Virus record (IMG/VR): IMGVR_UViG_3300042270_000314
Reading direction: 5' to 3' (one strand)
Source of the DNA: a virus
Lineage: Duplodnaviria > Heunggongvirae > Uroviricota > Caudoviricetes
Length of the DNA stretch: 64,000 bases
Positions 10,775 to 21,975 of the stretch are shown here, piece after piece. Within the stretch, counting starts at the first letter, position 1; every line of letters starts with the position of its first letter. The notes beneath the pieces are model-generated. The model ran no database searches, was not told where the DNA came from, and worked only from the letters and a program-made list of their open reading frames with translations. The position numbers and the translations under genes were made by a program.

Positions 10775-11161
10775 ATGGGAAAAGACGTGTTAATTTCATT
10801 TACATTTGAGGGTCAGGAACAATATTTTAAAGTAAATAAAAATGATTATAATGTCGGTGAAGAATTAGTAAAATTTATTTGCTATTTAGAAGATCATTTT
10901 ATGTCAGATTATTTTAAGAGTCTATTAAAAAATAAAAATTTCAATTTTAATGAAGCATTCTGCATTACAAATCTAAAACAAAAAACAAATGTTGAAGAAG
11001 TTCCTTCTAAAGAAGGTGTATATTTTTGCGAATATATTGTTGATTTTGATTGTGATTATCTTTGTAGAATAAAAAATTCATCAATTGGGTTTAGGAATTA
11101 TGAAGCATATCCCTTTGAACAATTGGCTGAGTACCCTTATTTAAATACATTTCAGGAGTAA
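10775..11161 (+). CDS. hypothetical protein
   Basis: 128 aa ORF with AGGAG RBS. Confidence 0.55.
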   Translation: MGKDVLISFTFEGQEQYFKVNKNDYNVGEELVKFICYLEDHFMSDYFKSLLKNKNFNFNEAFCITNLKQKTNVEEVPSKEGVYFCEYIVDFDCDYLCRIKNSSIGFRNYEAYPFEQLAEYPYLNTFQE

Positions 11162-11164
11162 GTT

Positions 11165-12097
11165 ATGTCTACTATTATGTTTGATTTTGAGAATTTATCT
11201 CTACGTTGTTTTTATGGTAATAAAGATGTACAACCAGAATCGGAATCTCCAAATTATGACTATTGGGAATATATTACTTTCAACTCTATATATAGAATGC
11301 TTTATAAGGAAAGAATCCATGAAGTAATTCTTGCTTTAGATTCTCAGTCTTGGAGAAAAATCGTCTATCCCCATTATAAGGCCCATCGCAAAAAGAAAAA
11401 AGAAGAATCAAAAGTAAATTGGGAGCTATATGCTCAGAAGAAAGAGGATTTTTTAAATAAGATTAGAGAATACCTTCCTTTCAAGGTTATTTCTGTTAAT
11501 AGAGCTGAAGCCGATGATATTCTTGGCACCCTTATCAATTATAAGAAAACTGAAAATGCTATCATTGTTTCTATGGATTGCGATTATATGCAACTATCAG
11601 ACAAATGCAGAATCTACAGTCCCATTAAAAAGGAATTTGTTAAATCTAGAGACCCTGAGAAGTTCCTTCTTTATTCATCAATTCTTGGACAAAAGAAGGA
11701 TAATATTTTTAATGTGAAGACCCCATGGGATTGGCCAGAAGAAAAGAAAAAACCAGCATTTGGTGAAAAGGGGCTTGATAAGATTATTTCCGAAAACAGG
11801 TTAGAAGAATTTCTTAAGACCCCAATTCCCTATGAATTTACTTATGTCTCACAAGAAGGTGAAGAAACGGAATATAAGAAAATTGTTACTCCAGAAGAAT
11901 TTTATAATATTAATAGAAAAATTATAGATCTAAGTTATACACCACAAATTATGGTTAAAAAAACATTAGATGTATATGAGAATTATAATATGAATTCTGA
12001 TCCCAATAGATTATATGAATTTTTTAGAATTCAGAATTGGAAAGAAGCTATAGAAAATTTTACGCAAATTGAGTCAAAGCTATTAGAATTATATTAA
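11165..12097 (+). CDS. rnh: RNase H / 5'-3' exonuclease (T4 rnh-like)
   Basis: SWRK..YPHYKAHR, AEADDI, SMDCDYMQL, GQKKDNI. Confidence 0.88.
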   Translation: MSTIMFDFENLSLRCFYGNKDVQPESESPNYDYWEYITFNSIYRMLYKERIHEVILALDSQSWRKIVYPHYKAHRKKKKEESKVNWELYAQKKEDFLNKIREYLPFKVISVNRAEADDILGTLINYKKTENAIIVSMDCDYMQLSDKCRIYSPIKKEFVKSRDPEKFLLYSSILGQKKDNIFNVKTPWDWPEEKKKPAFGEKGLDKIISENRLEEFLKTPIPYEFTYVSQEGEETEYKKIVTPEEFYNINRKIIDLSYTPQIMVKKTLDVYENYNMNSDPNRLYEFFRIQNWKEAIENFTQIESKLLELY

Positions 12098-12133
12098 ATA
12101 ACTTTATTAACATAGTTTGAAAAGGAGATTATA

Positions 12134-12316
12134 GTGTACGTAGTTGTAGATTATAAAACAAATACCAGAGTTAAAGAAAGCTTTTCTACTTTTATGGAAG
12201 CATTCGATGTTTTTAATAAAATTAATAAAGAAACATATAAAATTGAATATTGAAATTTTAAAGATAAAACCTGTAAACTCGTATGAACAAACTCATATGA
12301 AGATTGTTTGGTTTAG
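12134..12316 (+). CDS. small hypothetical protein (60 aa); in-frame TGA at 12251 and 12284
   Basis: AGGAG RBS, GTG start; fills the track gap exactly if TGA=Trp; TAG stop. Confidence 0.6.
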
Positions 12317-12325
12317 GAGATAAAG

Positions 12326-12523
12326 ATGAGTAATATGTTATGTAAGGAATGTGTGAATTTTCTAATGCATAATAAAGACATCTGTCATTGTGATTATGAA
12401 TATTGGGAGAACACTCAATATAAAGATGCTCTTCTGTTATGTGGTGAAATGTTTGAGTGTAAAAATTTTGAGGAGCTTTTCGTAGCCAATAAAAAGGTAT
12501 CTTTAGAAGTACATAATAGATAA
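12326..12523 (+). CDS. small Cys-rich hypothetical protein
   Basis: CxxC and CxC motifs, AGGAG RBS. Confidence 0.55.
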   Translation: MSNMLCKECVNFLMHNKDICHCDYEYWENTQYKDALLLCGEMFECKNFEELFVANKKVSLEVHNR

Positions 12524-12537
12524 GGATATCCTTAAAA

Positions 12538-13551
12538 ATGTTAGATTTAGATTTTGTGTATTCATTTATAATGGAGAATTTCCCCAATGTGAGTGTGACT
12601 CGTCACGGGTCACACTTCAATTTTCGTTGTCCTTTTTGTGGTGACTCCGAAAAATCTAAAAAGAAAAAAAGATTTCATCTTCAATTTGTGAATGATGAAT
12701 CTATATTCTTCAATTGTTTCAATTGTCAGTCATCTGGTAATTTTTATGATTTATATGCTCATATTCATGGAATATCTTCAGAAGAAGCATATAAGAAACT
12801 TAAACGATTTAATGAAGATTCTATAAAACAAAAACTTGTAACCAAATCAAATATAACTCAAAAGAAAATAGATTTTTCAAAATATGAAAACTTTAATGAT
12901 TTTTTAGAAAGGGACTGTTTATCTATAGATTCTAATCCTACCTCATATTATCATTCTAAGCTGATAGAGTATTTGAAGTTTTTTCAGGGATCAAGAAAAA
13001 TTACTACTAAACTTTTTGTGTGTCATTCTGGTACATTTGAAAAAAGAATTATTATTCCTATTATAGAAAATGATATTTGTATTTTCTTTCAGGGAAGAAG
13101 AATTCTAGAGACACAATATCCCAAATATTTGAATCCCTCTATTGAGAAAGAAAACATCATACTCAATAAAGAAAATTTTAATAAAGAGAAATTTATCATA
13201 ATCACTGAAGGTATTCTAGATGCCGATGCAGTTGGAACACAGGGAACAACTTGTTTGGGTGCATCTATTACTGATGAATTTCTAAGGGAACTTTTTAAAT
13301 ATACAAATAAAGGTATAGTTCTTGCTCTTGATAATGATAAAACAGGTCAAGAACAAATTCAAAAAATCTTCAAGCAAAGTGAGTATAATAAAAAGCTCCT
13401 ATACTTTACTTTAGAAAAAGAAAAAGATCTAAATGAATATAAAACAGATAATCCTAATACAGATGTGTATAAATATGTATTAGATAATGCTCTAACTTAT
13501 TTGGAAGCATATACATTATATACTATGGATTGTAGAAGGAGAAATTGTTAA
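12538..13551 (+). CDS. 61: DNA primase (T4 gp61)
   Basis: NFRCPFCGDS...CFNC zinc finger; TOPRIM TEG.LD and DND. Confidence 0.9.
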   Translation: MLDLDFVYSFIMENFPNVSVTRHGSHFNFRCPFCGDSEKSKKKKRFHLQFVNDESIFFNCFNCQSSGNFYDLYAHIHGISSEEAYKKLKRFNEDSIKQKLVTKSNITQKKIDFSKYENFNDFLERDCLSIDSNPTSYYHSKLIEYLKFFQGSRKITTKLFVCHSGTFEKRIIIPIIENDICIFFQGRRILETQYPKYLNPSIEKENIILNKENFNKEKFIIITEGILDADAVGTQGTTCLGASITDEFLRELFKYTNKGIVLALDNDKTGQEQIQKIFKQSEYNKKLLYFTLEKEKDLNEYKTDNPNTDVYKYVLDNALTYLEAYTLYTMDCRRRNC

Positions 13552-14021
13552 TGATTATTTCATATCATAGAGAAGATTATATAGAGGTAGATGAACTATG
13601 ATTAAGGGCTAATGAAAATGTTATTCAAAAGAAAATACATTTAGTTAAAATATGTTTTGTCAAACCAACAGAAGATAAATTAGATCAGCTATTGTATATT
13701 CTTCCTAAAACAAATAGATTTATTATAGATTCCAATGTTAAAATTTATAATGATTATTTTAAGAAAACAAAGAAGAAGTTTTATGTGGAGAATACATATA
13801 AAGATGAAGCTAAATTTGTTTCATTTTTAAGAAAAAATAATAAAATTCTAATAGACTTTACTAAATTTACATCATCTAATCTTAAATATGTTTTATATGA
13901 ACTAATTTGAGAAGACCTATTGAGTAATATTGAAATTATAAAGATGGACAAAATTTCTTTTGAATTATATAAAGAACATCTTATGAATTGGGATGGTAAT
14001 ATAATTCTAATGAGTGAATAA
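13551..14021 (+). CDS. hypothetical protein (156 aa); in-frame TGA at 13599 and 13908
   Basis: TAATG-coupled to primase and to the next gene only when TGA is read through. Confidence 0.75.
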
Positions 14022-14824
14022 TGAAATCATTAGCTTTTGGACCGTATTTAGGGGACTTTAAATATGAGGTTTTTTATTTTTTACCATATATTAGATGAGT
14101 AAAAACTCTTATTAGTCCTGATAAAATATTTATATCATCACATTTTAATAGAGAATTTTTATATAAAGATATAGTAACGGATTTTTATCCTATTAACCCT
14201 ATATTAAGTATTGATGAATTTTCTCAAAAGAATCATTTTAATAAAAATATATATAAAACAAGGTATAATGAATTAGAAAAAAATTTTAAAGATGCATTAA
14301 CAGATTTAGATAATGTAGATTTTTATAATTTTGAATATAGTAGATTTAAACCTCCCTGTTCTATATATCAACTACTATTTAAAAAGCTTCAATATACAAC
14401 GAGATATAGATTAGAAAATAAAATTGTGTTTATCCCGGATAAATCTGAAAAGTATAATTATACAAAAGATCTATTCATATATTTAAAAGATATCTTGGGG
14501 GATAGACTTGTTGTAGTTGGGGATAATAAATCTCATTTAGAAATTCATAATGAATTATTGAATAGAAGTAATTACCATGATATAATTTATGAGGAACTTA
14601 TAAACTATATCTCCTCATGTAAAGCTGTAATAACCCCAAATTCTGTATGAACTGGTATAGCAAATTTACAGGAAAAACCTGTTCTTTCATGGGGACCTCT
14701 AGTTTCAGAATATAAAGAAGGCAAATATTATTTTAATAACACAAAAGGTAAATTTTACCCTAAATTAGAATTAAATAATTTAAAGAAATGTATAGATTTA
14801 TTTTTGGAGGAAAATTGTGCTTAA
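14021..14824 (+). CDS. putative glycosyltransferase (GT9/GT-B-like); in-frame TGA at 14096 and 14648
   Basis: Continuous 267 aa frame; GPYLGDFKYE N-terminus and ITPNSVWTGIANLQEKPVLSWG C-terminus resemble the heptosyltransferase-like fold. Confidence 0.55.
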
Positions 14825-15107
14825 GATCCACGATGTTTTTTGTGTATGTGGTTATGAGGATGAAATTTTATGTGAAAATGAAGAATTTGGGTTTTGTCCT
14901 AAGTGTGGCAAGGATCTAATGAAGTCATATTCAACATTCAATTTCAAACTTAAATATGATCCTAAAAAGGATAGAGTAGCTTGGGGTAATTCAAATTATG
15001 AAGAGTCCCAATATTGGAGAGAAGTCAAAAAACAAAAATTTGAAACTGGTAAGACTCCTTCTCACCCCGGAAGTTGCGACCACCCAGTAACTAAGAAGGA
15101 GAATTAA
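14817..15107 (+). CDS. zinc-ribbon (FmdB-like) protein
   Basis: CVCG...CPKCG. Confidence 0.6.
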   Translation: MLKIHDVFCVCGYEDEILCENEEFGFCPKCGKDLMKSYSTFNFKLKYDPKKDRVAWGNSNYEESQYWREVKKQKFETGKTPSHPGSCDHPVTKKEN

Positions 15108-16292
15108 ATGAAAAAGACAATTTTAATTCTAGGTGCTAATGGTTATATTGGTTGGGCTCTTGTTCAAAGAATGTCGCTAAAATACCCCAATTATACTATA
15201 GTATGTGTGGATAATTATTCAAGAGACAAAATTGTAGAACTTGAGATGGAATCATATTCTGCAACCCCTATTAGGAGAAAAGCTCAAAGACTAGAATGGG
15301 TACAGAGTTTTTGTTCTAATGTTTGTTGATATGAATTTGATTATGTTAAAGAAGATGGTGCCTTATCTGAACTATTTTTAAATTATGAATTTGATACTAT
15401 TGTAAATCTTGCGCATCAACCTTCTGGTCCATATAGTCAACTATCTGCACATCATTCTGAATATACATTATCTAACAATATCATAGGTACAAATAAAATT
15501 CTTTGGAAAATCAAGGAATGCTGTCCAAAAGCCCATTATATAACTATTGGTTCAACTGGGGAATATTCTCATAATTTGGATATTCCTATTGAAGAAGGTT
15601 ATTTTATGATGGAGGGGGCAGCTGATAAATCTATTTTCCCTCGTCGAACAAATTCAATATATCATACTTCAAAGATCGCAAATACATATATTACAGATAC
15701 TCTTTCAAGAATGTGAAATATTAAGTCAACAGACATAATGCAGGCAGTAGTATTTGGATCATATACTGATGAAATTGATTTCACAAAAAATTATACAAGA
15801 ATGGACACAGATGCGGCATTCGGGACTGTCTGTAATAAGTTTATGACTCAAGCTATTCTTGGTATGGATTTAACAGTATATGGATGGGGAGAGCATAAAC
15901 GAGGATTTATTGCTCTTAATGATTCTATTCAAGCTTTGGAAATAGCTATTAATAATGATGTAGATCAATTTTATTCAGATTATTCCCCTAGAGTATGGAA
16001 TCAATTATCTTTCTGGTGCTCAATGAATGAATTAGCAGAAATGATCAGAATTATAGCATATAGAGAATATAATATAAAAGTAGGGATTAATCATATAGAG
16101 AGCCCTCGTCATGAAATAACAGAGGCGCCTAAACATTATTCATATAAAACAGATATTCTTCAAGATTTGGGTTATTATCCTACTAGATCATTAGAAGAAG
16201 AATTAGAATATTCAATGTGAGTTTTATATCAAAATAGAGAACATTTAAAAGGGCTTGAGAAAAATTTTGAAAACCATATAAGGTTCAAATAA
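15108..16292 (+). CDS. sqdB: UDP-sulfoquinovose synthase (SqdB/SQD1/Agl3-like); in-frame TGA at 15327, 15714, 16218
   Basis: GANGYIGW, HQPSGPYS, GSTGEY, SIYHTSK, RM[TGA]NIKSTDI (SQD1 KAWGIRATDL), FGTVCNKF..QA..G.DLTVYG; TAATG coupling at 16290-16294. Confidence 0.82.
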
Positions 16293-17554
16293 TGATTTAC
16301 TGTTTCGATGGCTGTCATAAGTTATTATCAAAGCATATAACTTATGACAACATAATAATTAATATGATGAAGTTTTGTCTTAATGATAAACGAATATCAT
16401 CATTTATTGTTACTGAACATAATGATTTTATCCAAGATATAGAACTAATTTATTTTAAAATTAAAAAACCTAATATAATATATTACGATAATGAATTTTT
16501 GTTTATTAGATCTATAGACTTTGAAAAGTTTTATAAAATAAAATTCAATTCATATAAAGATTTTATAAATTATGTTAAAAAATATATTGAATATACATGG
16601 GCAAAGAATGATATTAAATTAGATAAAGATAAAAAGTATATAAATTTTTATGGAATAACTAATACAATGTCCATGCCGAATAGAGGACCCATTATTCAAA
16701 CTCAAAATAAAATATATTATTTTAATAGAGATATAAAGAATTATGAAATCGGGATACAACAAAAATATGATTTTTGTCATTGAAATCATATTTTAAACCC
16801 AGATTGTAAACAACTTTCAGGTAGAGTTAGTGTTGGTCCTAATATTGTTATGTTTGGCAATACGTCTATGTGATGAAAAAATCTTAATATAGTAACAGAT
16901 TCAATATGGATGAAAGATTATTTTATAAATAATTTTGGTATAAATGAAAAACAGCTTTCAGTTATTCCGATATATGTAACTGAAGATTTTTATGAAACAG
17001 AAGTATGTTCTGATAGAAATATTGTTGGTATAGTGGGATATCCTAGATATGATGATGTTAAAAATATGTTATCATTAATTTTATTATGTAAAAGATTTCC
17101 ACACCTAAAATTTGAATTACTTTCAAGTAGATCAAAAAATCAATTTCCTACAGAACTCCAGCATATTAATAATTTACAATTTTTAAATGTTCCTCATTAT
17201 GATACTGTAAACATCATGAAAAAGTGGGGAATGTATATTGGGTTGAGCAAACGAGAAAGAGGTCCGGCAGTATTACAAGAATTGAAAGTATTAGGAATCC
17301 CCACAATATGTCCAAATCATACTGGATATAGGGAATTTAACCCCTTTATTGGATTAGATATAAAGCCATTTGAAAAACACACATCTAAAGATTTAGATTT
17401 ATATTCAGATGCCATAGAATATGTTTATAGAAATCATGAACAATGTATAAATAAAACTCAAGAAGACAGAATTAAATTCTGGAATGAAGAAAAATCAACA
17501 AAAATAGTTTCTAAAAAATGAGAAGATTTTTTTAGAAAATGTTTAGGAGCTTAA
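16292..17554 (+). CDS. glycosyltransferase GT-B (GT4-like); in-frame TGA at 16781, 16871, 16874, 17519
   Basis: Single 420 aa frame; LSKRERGPAVLQELKVLGIPTI resembles GT4 E-x7-E region. Confidence 0.7.
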
Positions 17555-17555
17555 A

Positions 17556-18185
17556 ATGGAACTTAAAAATAATATTTGACATAATGCATACTCGAATGAT
17601 CCTAAGAAACATGAATTCTTTAAGAAGCAACTTCAAAATCTAAAAGAGTCTAGACATTGGATATTAGATACTCTATTGTCACTAAAGAAGATCAAAACTG
17701 TGTTAGAAGTAGCACATGGTCCAGGTCTAGATTTAGAATATTTACATAGTAAGTTAGAAGATCTCCCCTTTAACTATACTGGGTTAGATTATACACCTAA
17801 GTTTGTGCAAATGCTAACAGAAAAATATCCTCAACATGTTTTTGTTGAAGGAGACGCAATGAATATGCCCTTTGAGGATAATTCATTTGATGTTGTTTAT
17901 ACAAGACATTCTGTAGAGCATATGCCAGACCCTCATAAAGAACTTGATGAAATTTTTAGATTAGCTAAAAAATATGTTATTATTGGTTGGTTTAGATTAG
18001 TAGATGGCCCTACTACATTAAATATTAAATCTAATATCAATGGTGAATTTCCTATGAATGATTTGAATAGGAAAGAATTTACAGATAGAATATTAGAATG
18101 AGGCACTATTGAAGATACTTTCACTATTAAACATAATGAATGCTGACTAGTAAAGAAGCATACTAAAAAAGGAAAGAAAAAATAA
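17556..18185 (+). CDS. class I SAM-dependent methyltransferase; in-frame TGA at 17577, 18099, 18144
   Basis: VLEVAHGPG, GLDYT, EGDAMNMPFEDNSFDVV, HSVEH; TAATG-coupled to the next gene when read through. Confidence 0.85.
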
Positions 18186-18997
18186 TGAAAATTGAATCTG
18201 TTACTATTACCGGATCGTCTGGTTACATTGGTGAAAACTTAATTAAATTTCTTAATTCTCAAGGTATTTTCAAAATTTATTGTATGGATAAAAAAGAGGG
18301 TGTTAGAGTTGAGGAAGTAGATGTTCTTCTAAATTCTGATGTTATTATTCATCTTGCTGCTGAATCTGGTATCCCCACATGTGAAAAGAATCCAGAAGAA
18401 GCAATTAGAAGTAACATTTCTGCATCTTTCAATATTCTAAAATTAGCATATGAAAATAAAATTCCTGTAATTTTAGCATCCTCTCAAGCTGCTAAGAATC
18501 CTTCTTCTGGGTTGTATGCTATGACTAAGTATGCTATGGAAATAGAAGCATTAAGATATAATGCTCTAGGTGCCCAGAATAAAATTCTGAGGTTCTCAAA
18601 TGTGTTTGGAGGTATTCATTATTTTAATAAAAAGAGCTCTGTTCTCTCATGTTTTGGTAAAGCATATTTAAATGGAGAAAAAGCTAAAATTCATGGAAAC
18701 GGCTGTCAGGAAAGAGATTTTCTTTTTGTTGATGATCTTTGTAAAGTAGTATTTGAAATTGCTGAAAAAATTTACGATATTGATGATGAAATAATTGATA
18801 TTGGAACTGGATTCCCTACATCTATTAAAGATATTGTTCAATATTTAGATATGGATTATGAATTTGAATATGAGAGGAATGGGGGGGAAGAGTGCAATTT
18901 TGCAGATACATATGTTATGGAAAAGCATGGATTAACTATACCGTCAATAAGTAAATTATATGAATTTTTAAACAGTTTGATTCGACAAAAAGAATAA
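18185..18997 (+). CDS. NAD-dependent epimerase/dehydratase
   Basis: ITGSSGYIG, HLAA, YAMTK, RFSNVFG, ERDFLFVDD. Confidence 0.88.
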   Translation: MKIESVTITGSSGYIGENLIKFLNSQGIFKIYCMDKKEGVRVEEVDVLLNSDVIIHLAAESGIPTCEKNPEEAIRSNISASFNILKLAYENKIPVILASSQAAKNPSSGLYAMTKYAMEIEALRYNALGAQNKILRFSNVFGGIHYFNKKSSVLSCFGKAYLNGEKAKIHGNGCQERDFLFVDDLCKVVFEIAEKIYDIDDEIIDIGTGFPTSIKDIVQYLDMDYEFEYERNGGEECNFADTYVMEKHGLTIPSISKLYEFLNSLIRQKE

Positions 18998-19002
18998 AAA
19001 AC

Positions 19003-19021
19003 GGGGAGTCTAAAACTCCCC
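19003..19021. terminator. Hairpin between convergent genes
   Basis: GGGGAG-TCTAAAA-CTCCCC at the junction of + and - operons. Confidence 0.55.
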
Positions 19022-19654
19022 AAAATCTTTTACAACTCTGTCTCTTTTAAGATTATAATTCTCAATTGATCCTGAACTTACAGAATCTTTTGATGAATAT
19101 GCAGTAAAGAACCCCGCTGAAGGTTTTCCAATATACCCTGCCCGTAAACACTTCAAAAGAAAAGCCCAATCTAAAAGTCTAACATATTGGCTATCAGTAA
19201 CTAAACCAATCTCCTGAATCACATTGCTTTTAAACATTGAATTAGAAGAAATATAATTTCCTTGTTTAAGTTTTTCAGGATTAAAATTGATGGCAGGAAA
19301 TTGACTATTTATATGACCCTTATATTGAAAAGAGCAATATGAATAAGCTACATTAATGACACTATTAGAAAGAACAAAAGACATTTCTTCTAATGTACCT
19401 TCACTCCATTCTGTATCATTGTCAATTTTTATAACATTAGGTGCTAGTCTTTTTGAATCAAGAAGTTCATAGAATCCAATCTCAAAGTTTTTCATTACAT
19501 TATTTTTAGATTCTACAGAAATCCAATTGAAAGGAGCTTCACAACTAAAAACACTATCTAATGTTGTTTTTGAGACTGAGTCCCCTATTCTCAAGGGAGT
19601 GACAATAGAGAACTCAGGGGACTCAGTCTCATGTAAAACTTTTATTTTATTCAT
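19010..19654 (-). CDS. glycosyltransferase family 2-like protein
   Basis: FSIVTP, KIDND (DxD), ISSNSMFK, LLDWAFLL. Confidence 0.7.
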   Translation of the reverse strand: MNKIKVLHETESPEFSIVTPLRIGDSVSKTTLDSVFSCEAPFNWISVESKNNVMKNFEIGFYELLDSKRLAPNVIKIDNDTEWSEGTLEEMSFVLSNSVINVAYSYCSFQYKGHINSQFPAINFNPEKLKQGNYISSNSMFKSNVIQEIGLVTDSQYVRLLDWAFLLKCLRAGYIGKPSAGFFTAYSSKDSVSSGSIENYNLKRDRVVKDFGEF

Positions 19655-20063
19655 CTTTAGCATAAACTTGATCAGCAATTAGCTGAACTCGTTCATATAG
19701 CTCTACTTCTTGTTCTGTGATTTCATGAAAAGAAAGAAGAGAAAACTTCTTAATCTTGATCTTGTCATCGTAGTCTACTGTCTTTAGAAGAAGCTTAACA
19801 AACTCTTCCTTGTCCTCTACGGAAAGGTTAACAAAAACATTATTATCAATGACAATAGCGGCATCATATCCTTCAATTGCTTCATTATCAATAGATAGAA
19901 ACTTCATAAAAGGGTTCAGTGCCTTTACTTCACCAATAACAAACTCTCCATTTGACTTCTTCTTTCTATTACGAGAACAGGTAACCCAACGAAGATTCAT
20001 AAGATGGGGAAAATTCTCTGACAGAATTTCATCAAATCCAACAATTTCAAAACTTTCAAACAT
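19647..20063 (-). CDS. phage metallopeptidase-like fold protein lacking HExxH
   Basis: FPHL...G.V.G...YD..I pattern; no HELxH motif. Confidence 0.35.
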   Translation of the reverse strand: MFESFEIVGFDEILSENFPHLMNLRWVTCSRNRKKKSNGEFVIGEVKALNPFMKFLSIDNEAIEGYDAAIVIDNNVFVNLSVEDKEEFVKLLLKTVDYDDKIKIKKFSLLSFHEITEQEVELYERVQLIADQVYAKDE

Positions 20064-20072
20064 ATTATACTC

Positions 20073-20600
20073 CTAATTTAATACTACAAGTTCAACCTCT
20101 TTAACACCAAATTTATATGCTGCTTCTTTGCTTGCAACCATAAGATCAATTTTCTTTTCAAATCTTTTGTTCATTAAATCCGCAACTTTTCTCACACCGT
20201 ACCCTGGGATATAAACCTTTTTCCCAAGAAGCCATTTAAGGTCGGGACTGACGGCGATATGATATCCGGGTTTGGGTTTAACCATAATTGCTGTGTTTTC
20301 TATATCATCATTACATTCATCAATACTAGGTGTATATGCTGATGCTTTGACTTTAAAAGAAAATTTGGCTTTTAGATTTTGGTTTTCAAGGGTGAGAAAA
20401 TTATTTTCTCCCTGAAGTCTAATGAGTTCAAGTTCAAGTTCTAATTTTTCCTCTCGTAGTGTTTCATTCTCTACTAAAAGTTCTTTATTAAATTCCTCAT
20501 ATTTTTCTTTAAGAGTTCCATTCAATATTGCAGCAAAACCCAAATGAAAGATAAGACAAATAACAAAGACATAAAAAAGAGGAGATTTAAAAAAGTTCAT
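20073..20600 (-). CDS. 3D-domain (peptidoglycan-related) membrane-anchored protein
   Basis: N-terminal TM, coiled coil, then SAYT...IAVSPD...GKKVYIPGYG...ADL...KIDL. Confidence 0.8.
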   Translation of the reverse strand: MNFFKSPLFYVFVICLIFHLGFAAILNGTLKEKYEEFNKELLVENETLREEKLELELELIRLQGENNFLTLENQNLKAKFSFKVKASAYTPSIDECNDDIENTAIMVKPKPGYHIAVSPDLKWLLGKKVYIPGYGVRKVADLMNKRFEKKIDLMVASKEAAYKFGVKEVELVVLN

Positions 20601-20609
20601 AATGCACCT

Positions 20610-21374
20610 TTAGATTTCTATTACAAGGTTTTCGTTAAAAGATAAGTTTTCATAATCGCCGTATCCCTTTGGATTACAAATCAACTTAGTGTCTCCCACA
20701 CTACCTTCATAACATGAATGTACGTGACCAAAGAACCAGTATCCTTCCCAACCCATTAGATGAGTATTATCTACAACAAAATAAGGATTAAGTAAACTGT
20801 TTTTATATTGGGGAGCAATGGCTTTTTCTATTGGGGCAAAATGAGAAATAACAACTCTCTTTTGACCTTCGGTTCTTTTGAGCCAATCCTTTAGATTTTT
20901 AACAAATGTTTTGTATTGCGCTTTATGGTCTTCTACTGACCACTTTCTAAATATACCAACAATACCTGGATCAGTCTTAGATATCATATGAAAGTCATTA
21001 ATGCCTCGTTCAGCCGTGATTTCAGCTAATGGTTGATTTCTATATAAAGAAAAATCTGTACACATCATTCCACCGAAGAAATGTACACCATTGATTATCA
21101 ATTCTTCATTATGTAGTAGTTTAAAATTTGGGTATTCATATTCTAAATGTCTTAAACCTCGTATTGTATCTTCAAAATTTTTCATATAAGCCTCATGATT
21201 TCCAGGAACCATGATAATTTTAACATGTGATGGTATTTCATCTAAAAATTTTGAGTGTCTATTTTTTGTATAAATATCTCCAGCAAGAACTAAAACGTCC
21301 TCGCCAATAAATTTATAACTAAATTCTAAACAATCCATTTCCAAATGTAAATCACTAAATACCCTAATTTTCAT
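20610..21374 (-). CDS. metallophosphoesterase
   Basis: SDLH, LAGDI, PGNHE, SHFAP, FGHVH. Confidence 0.88.
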   Translation of the reverse strand: MKIRVFSDLHLEMDCLEFSYKFIGEDVLVLAGDIYTKNRHSKFLDEIPSHVKIIMVPGNHEAYMKNFEDTIRGLRHLEYEYPNFKLLHNEELIINGVHFFGGMMCTDFSLYRNQPLAEITAERGINDFHMISKTDPGIVGIFRKWSVEDHKAQYKTFVKNLKDWLKRTEGQKRVVISHFAPIEKAIAPQYKNSLLNPYFVVDNTHLMGWEGYWFFGHVHSCYEGSVGDTKLICNPKGYGDYENLSFNENLVIEI

Positions 21375-21440
21375 ACTTAACCTATAGTTTATCCTTCTTT
21401 ACCATACATTACTTCTTTATTAAAGAAATTGTAAACATTT

Positions 21441-21608
21441 TTATTCGTCTTCGTTATCAGAAAATCCTACTGTGTATCCTTCTTCATATCCTTCATCATA
21501 GGCTTCTTGATATAATTCTTCACATCATTCAACAAAATCTTCTAATGCCATTTCAATATTTTCACCAAACTCTTCATATATTTTTTCAACTTCTTTATAA
21601 TTTAGCAC
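21441..21608 (-). CDS. small acidic protein (55 aa); in-frame TGA at 21525-21527
   Basis: GTG start, DFVE[TGA]CEELYQEAYDEGY; not in track. Confidence 0.5.
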
Positions 21609-21777
21609 CCTCGTTTCCTCATTGTAATAGAATTATAATAACCACGTTCATAGCCTGCTTCAAAGCCTTGATCATAAGATTTACGAATTTCTTTTTCTAT
21701 AAAAGCTTTAAATTCTTCAATTCCGTATTCTCCATCTATAACCAAATCATAAACTCTTTTATATTTTTCCTCGTTCA

Positions 21778-21975
21778 TTATGAATCCTTCTTGAATTTTT
21801 GTGTAACATTACCAGCTACATAGACCGCTATAGTAGCCATAAGAACACCACTATAAACCTGATCAGTTATATGGTTATTTATAACGAGATAATGTGCTGA
21901 GATTAAAGATAAAACACACAAAATAAACTTTCGGCTCATGAGTCGAATAAGCATAAAAAGTACTTCATCTCTCAT
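21778..21975 (-). CDS. small membrane protein
   Basis: Two hydrophobic segments, SRKF motif. Confidence 0.5.
   Translation of the reverse strand: MRDEVLFMLIRLMSRKFILCVLSLISAHYLVINNHITDQVYSGVLMATIAVYVAGNVTQKFKKDS

Noticed and set aside
13468-13475. TATAAATA inside the primase 3' end as the promoter of the TGA-rich cluster
   Set aside because: Attractive but intragenic, and this 8-mer occurs often by chance at this AT content; needs TSS data
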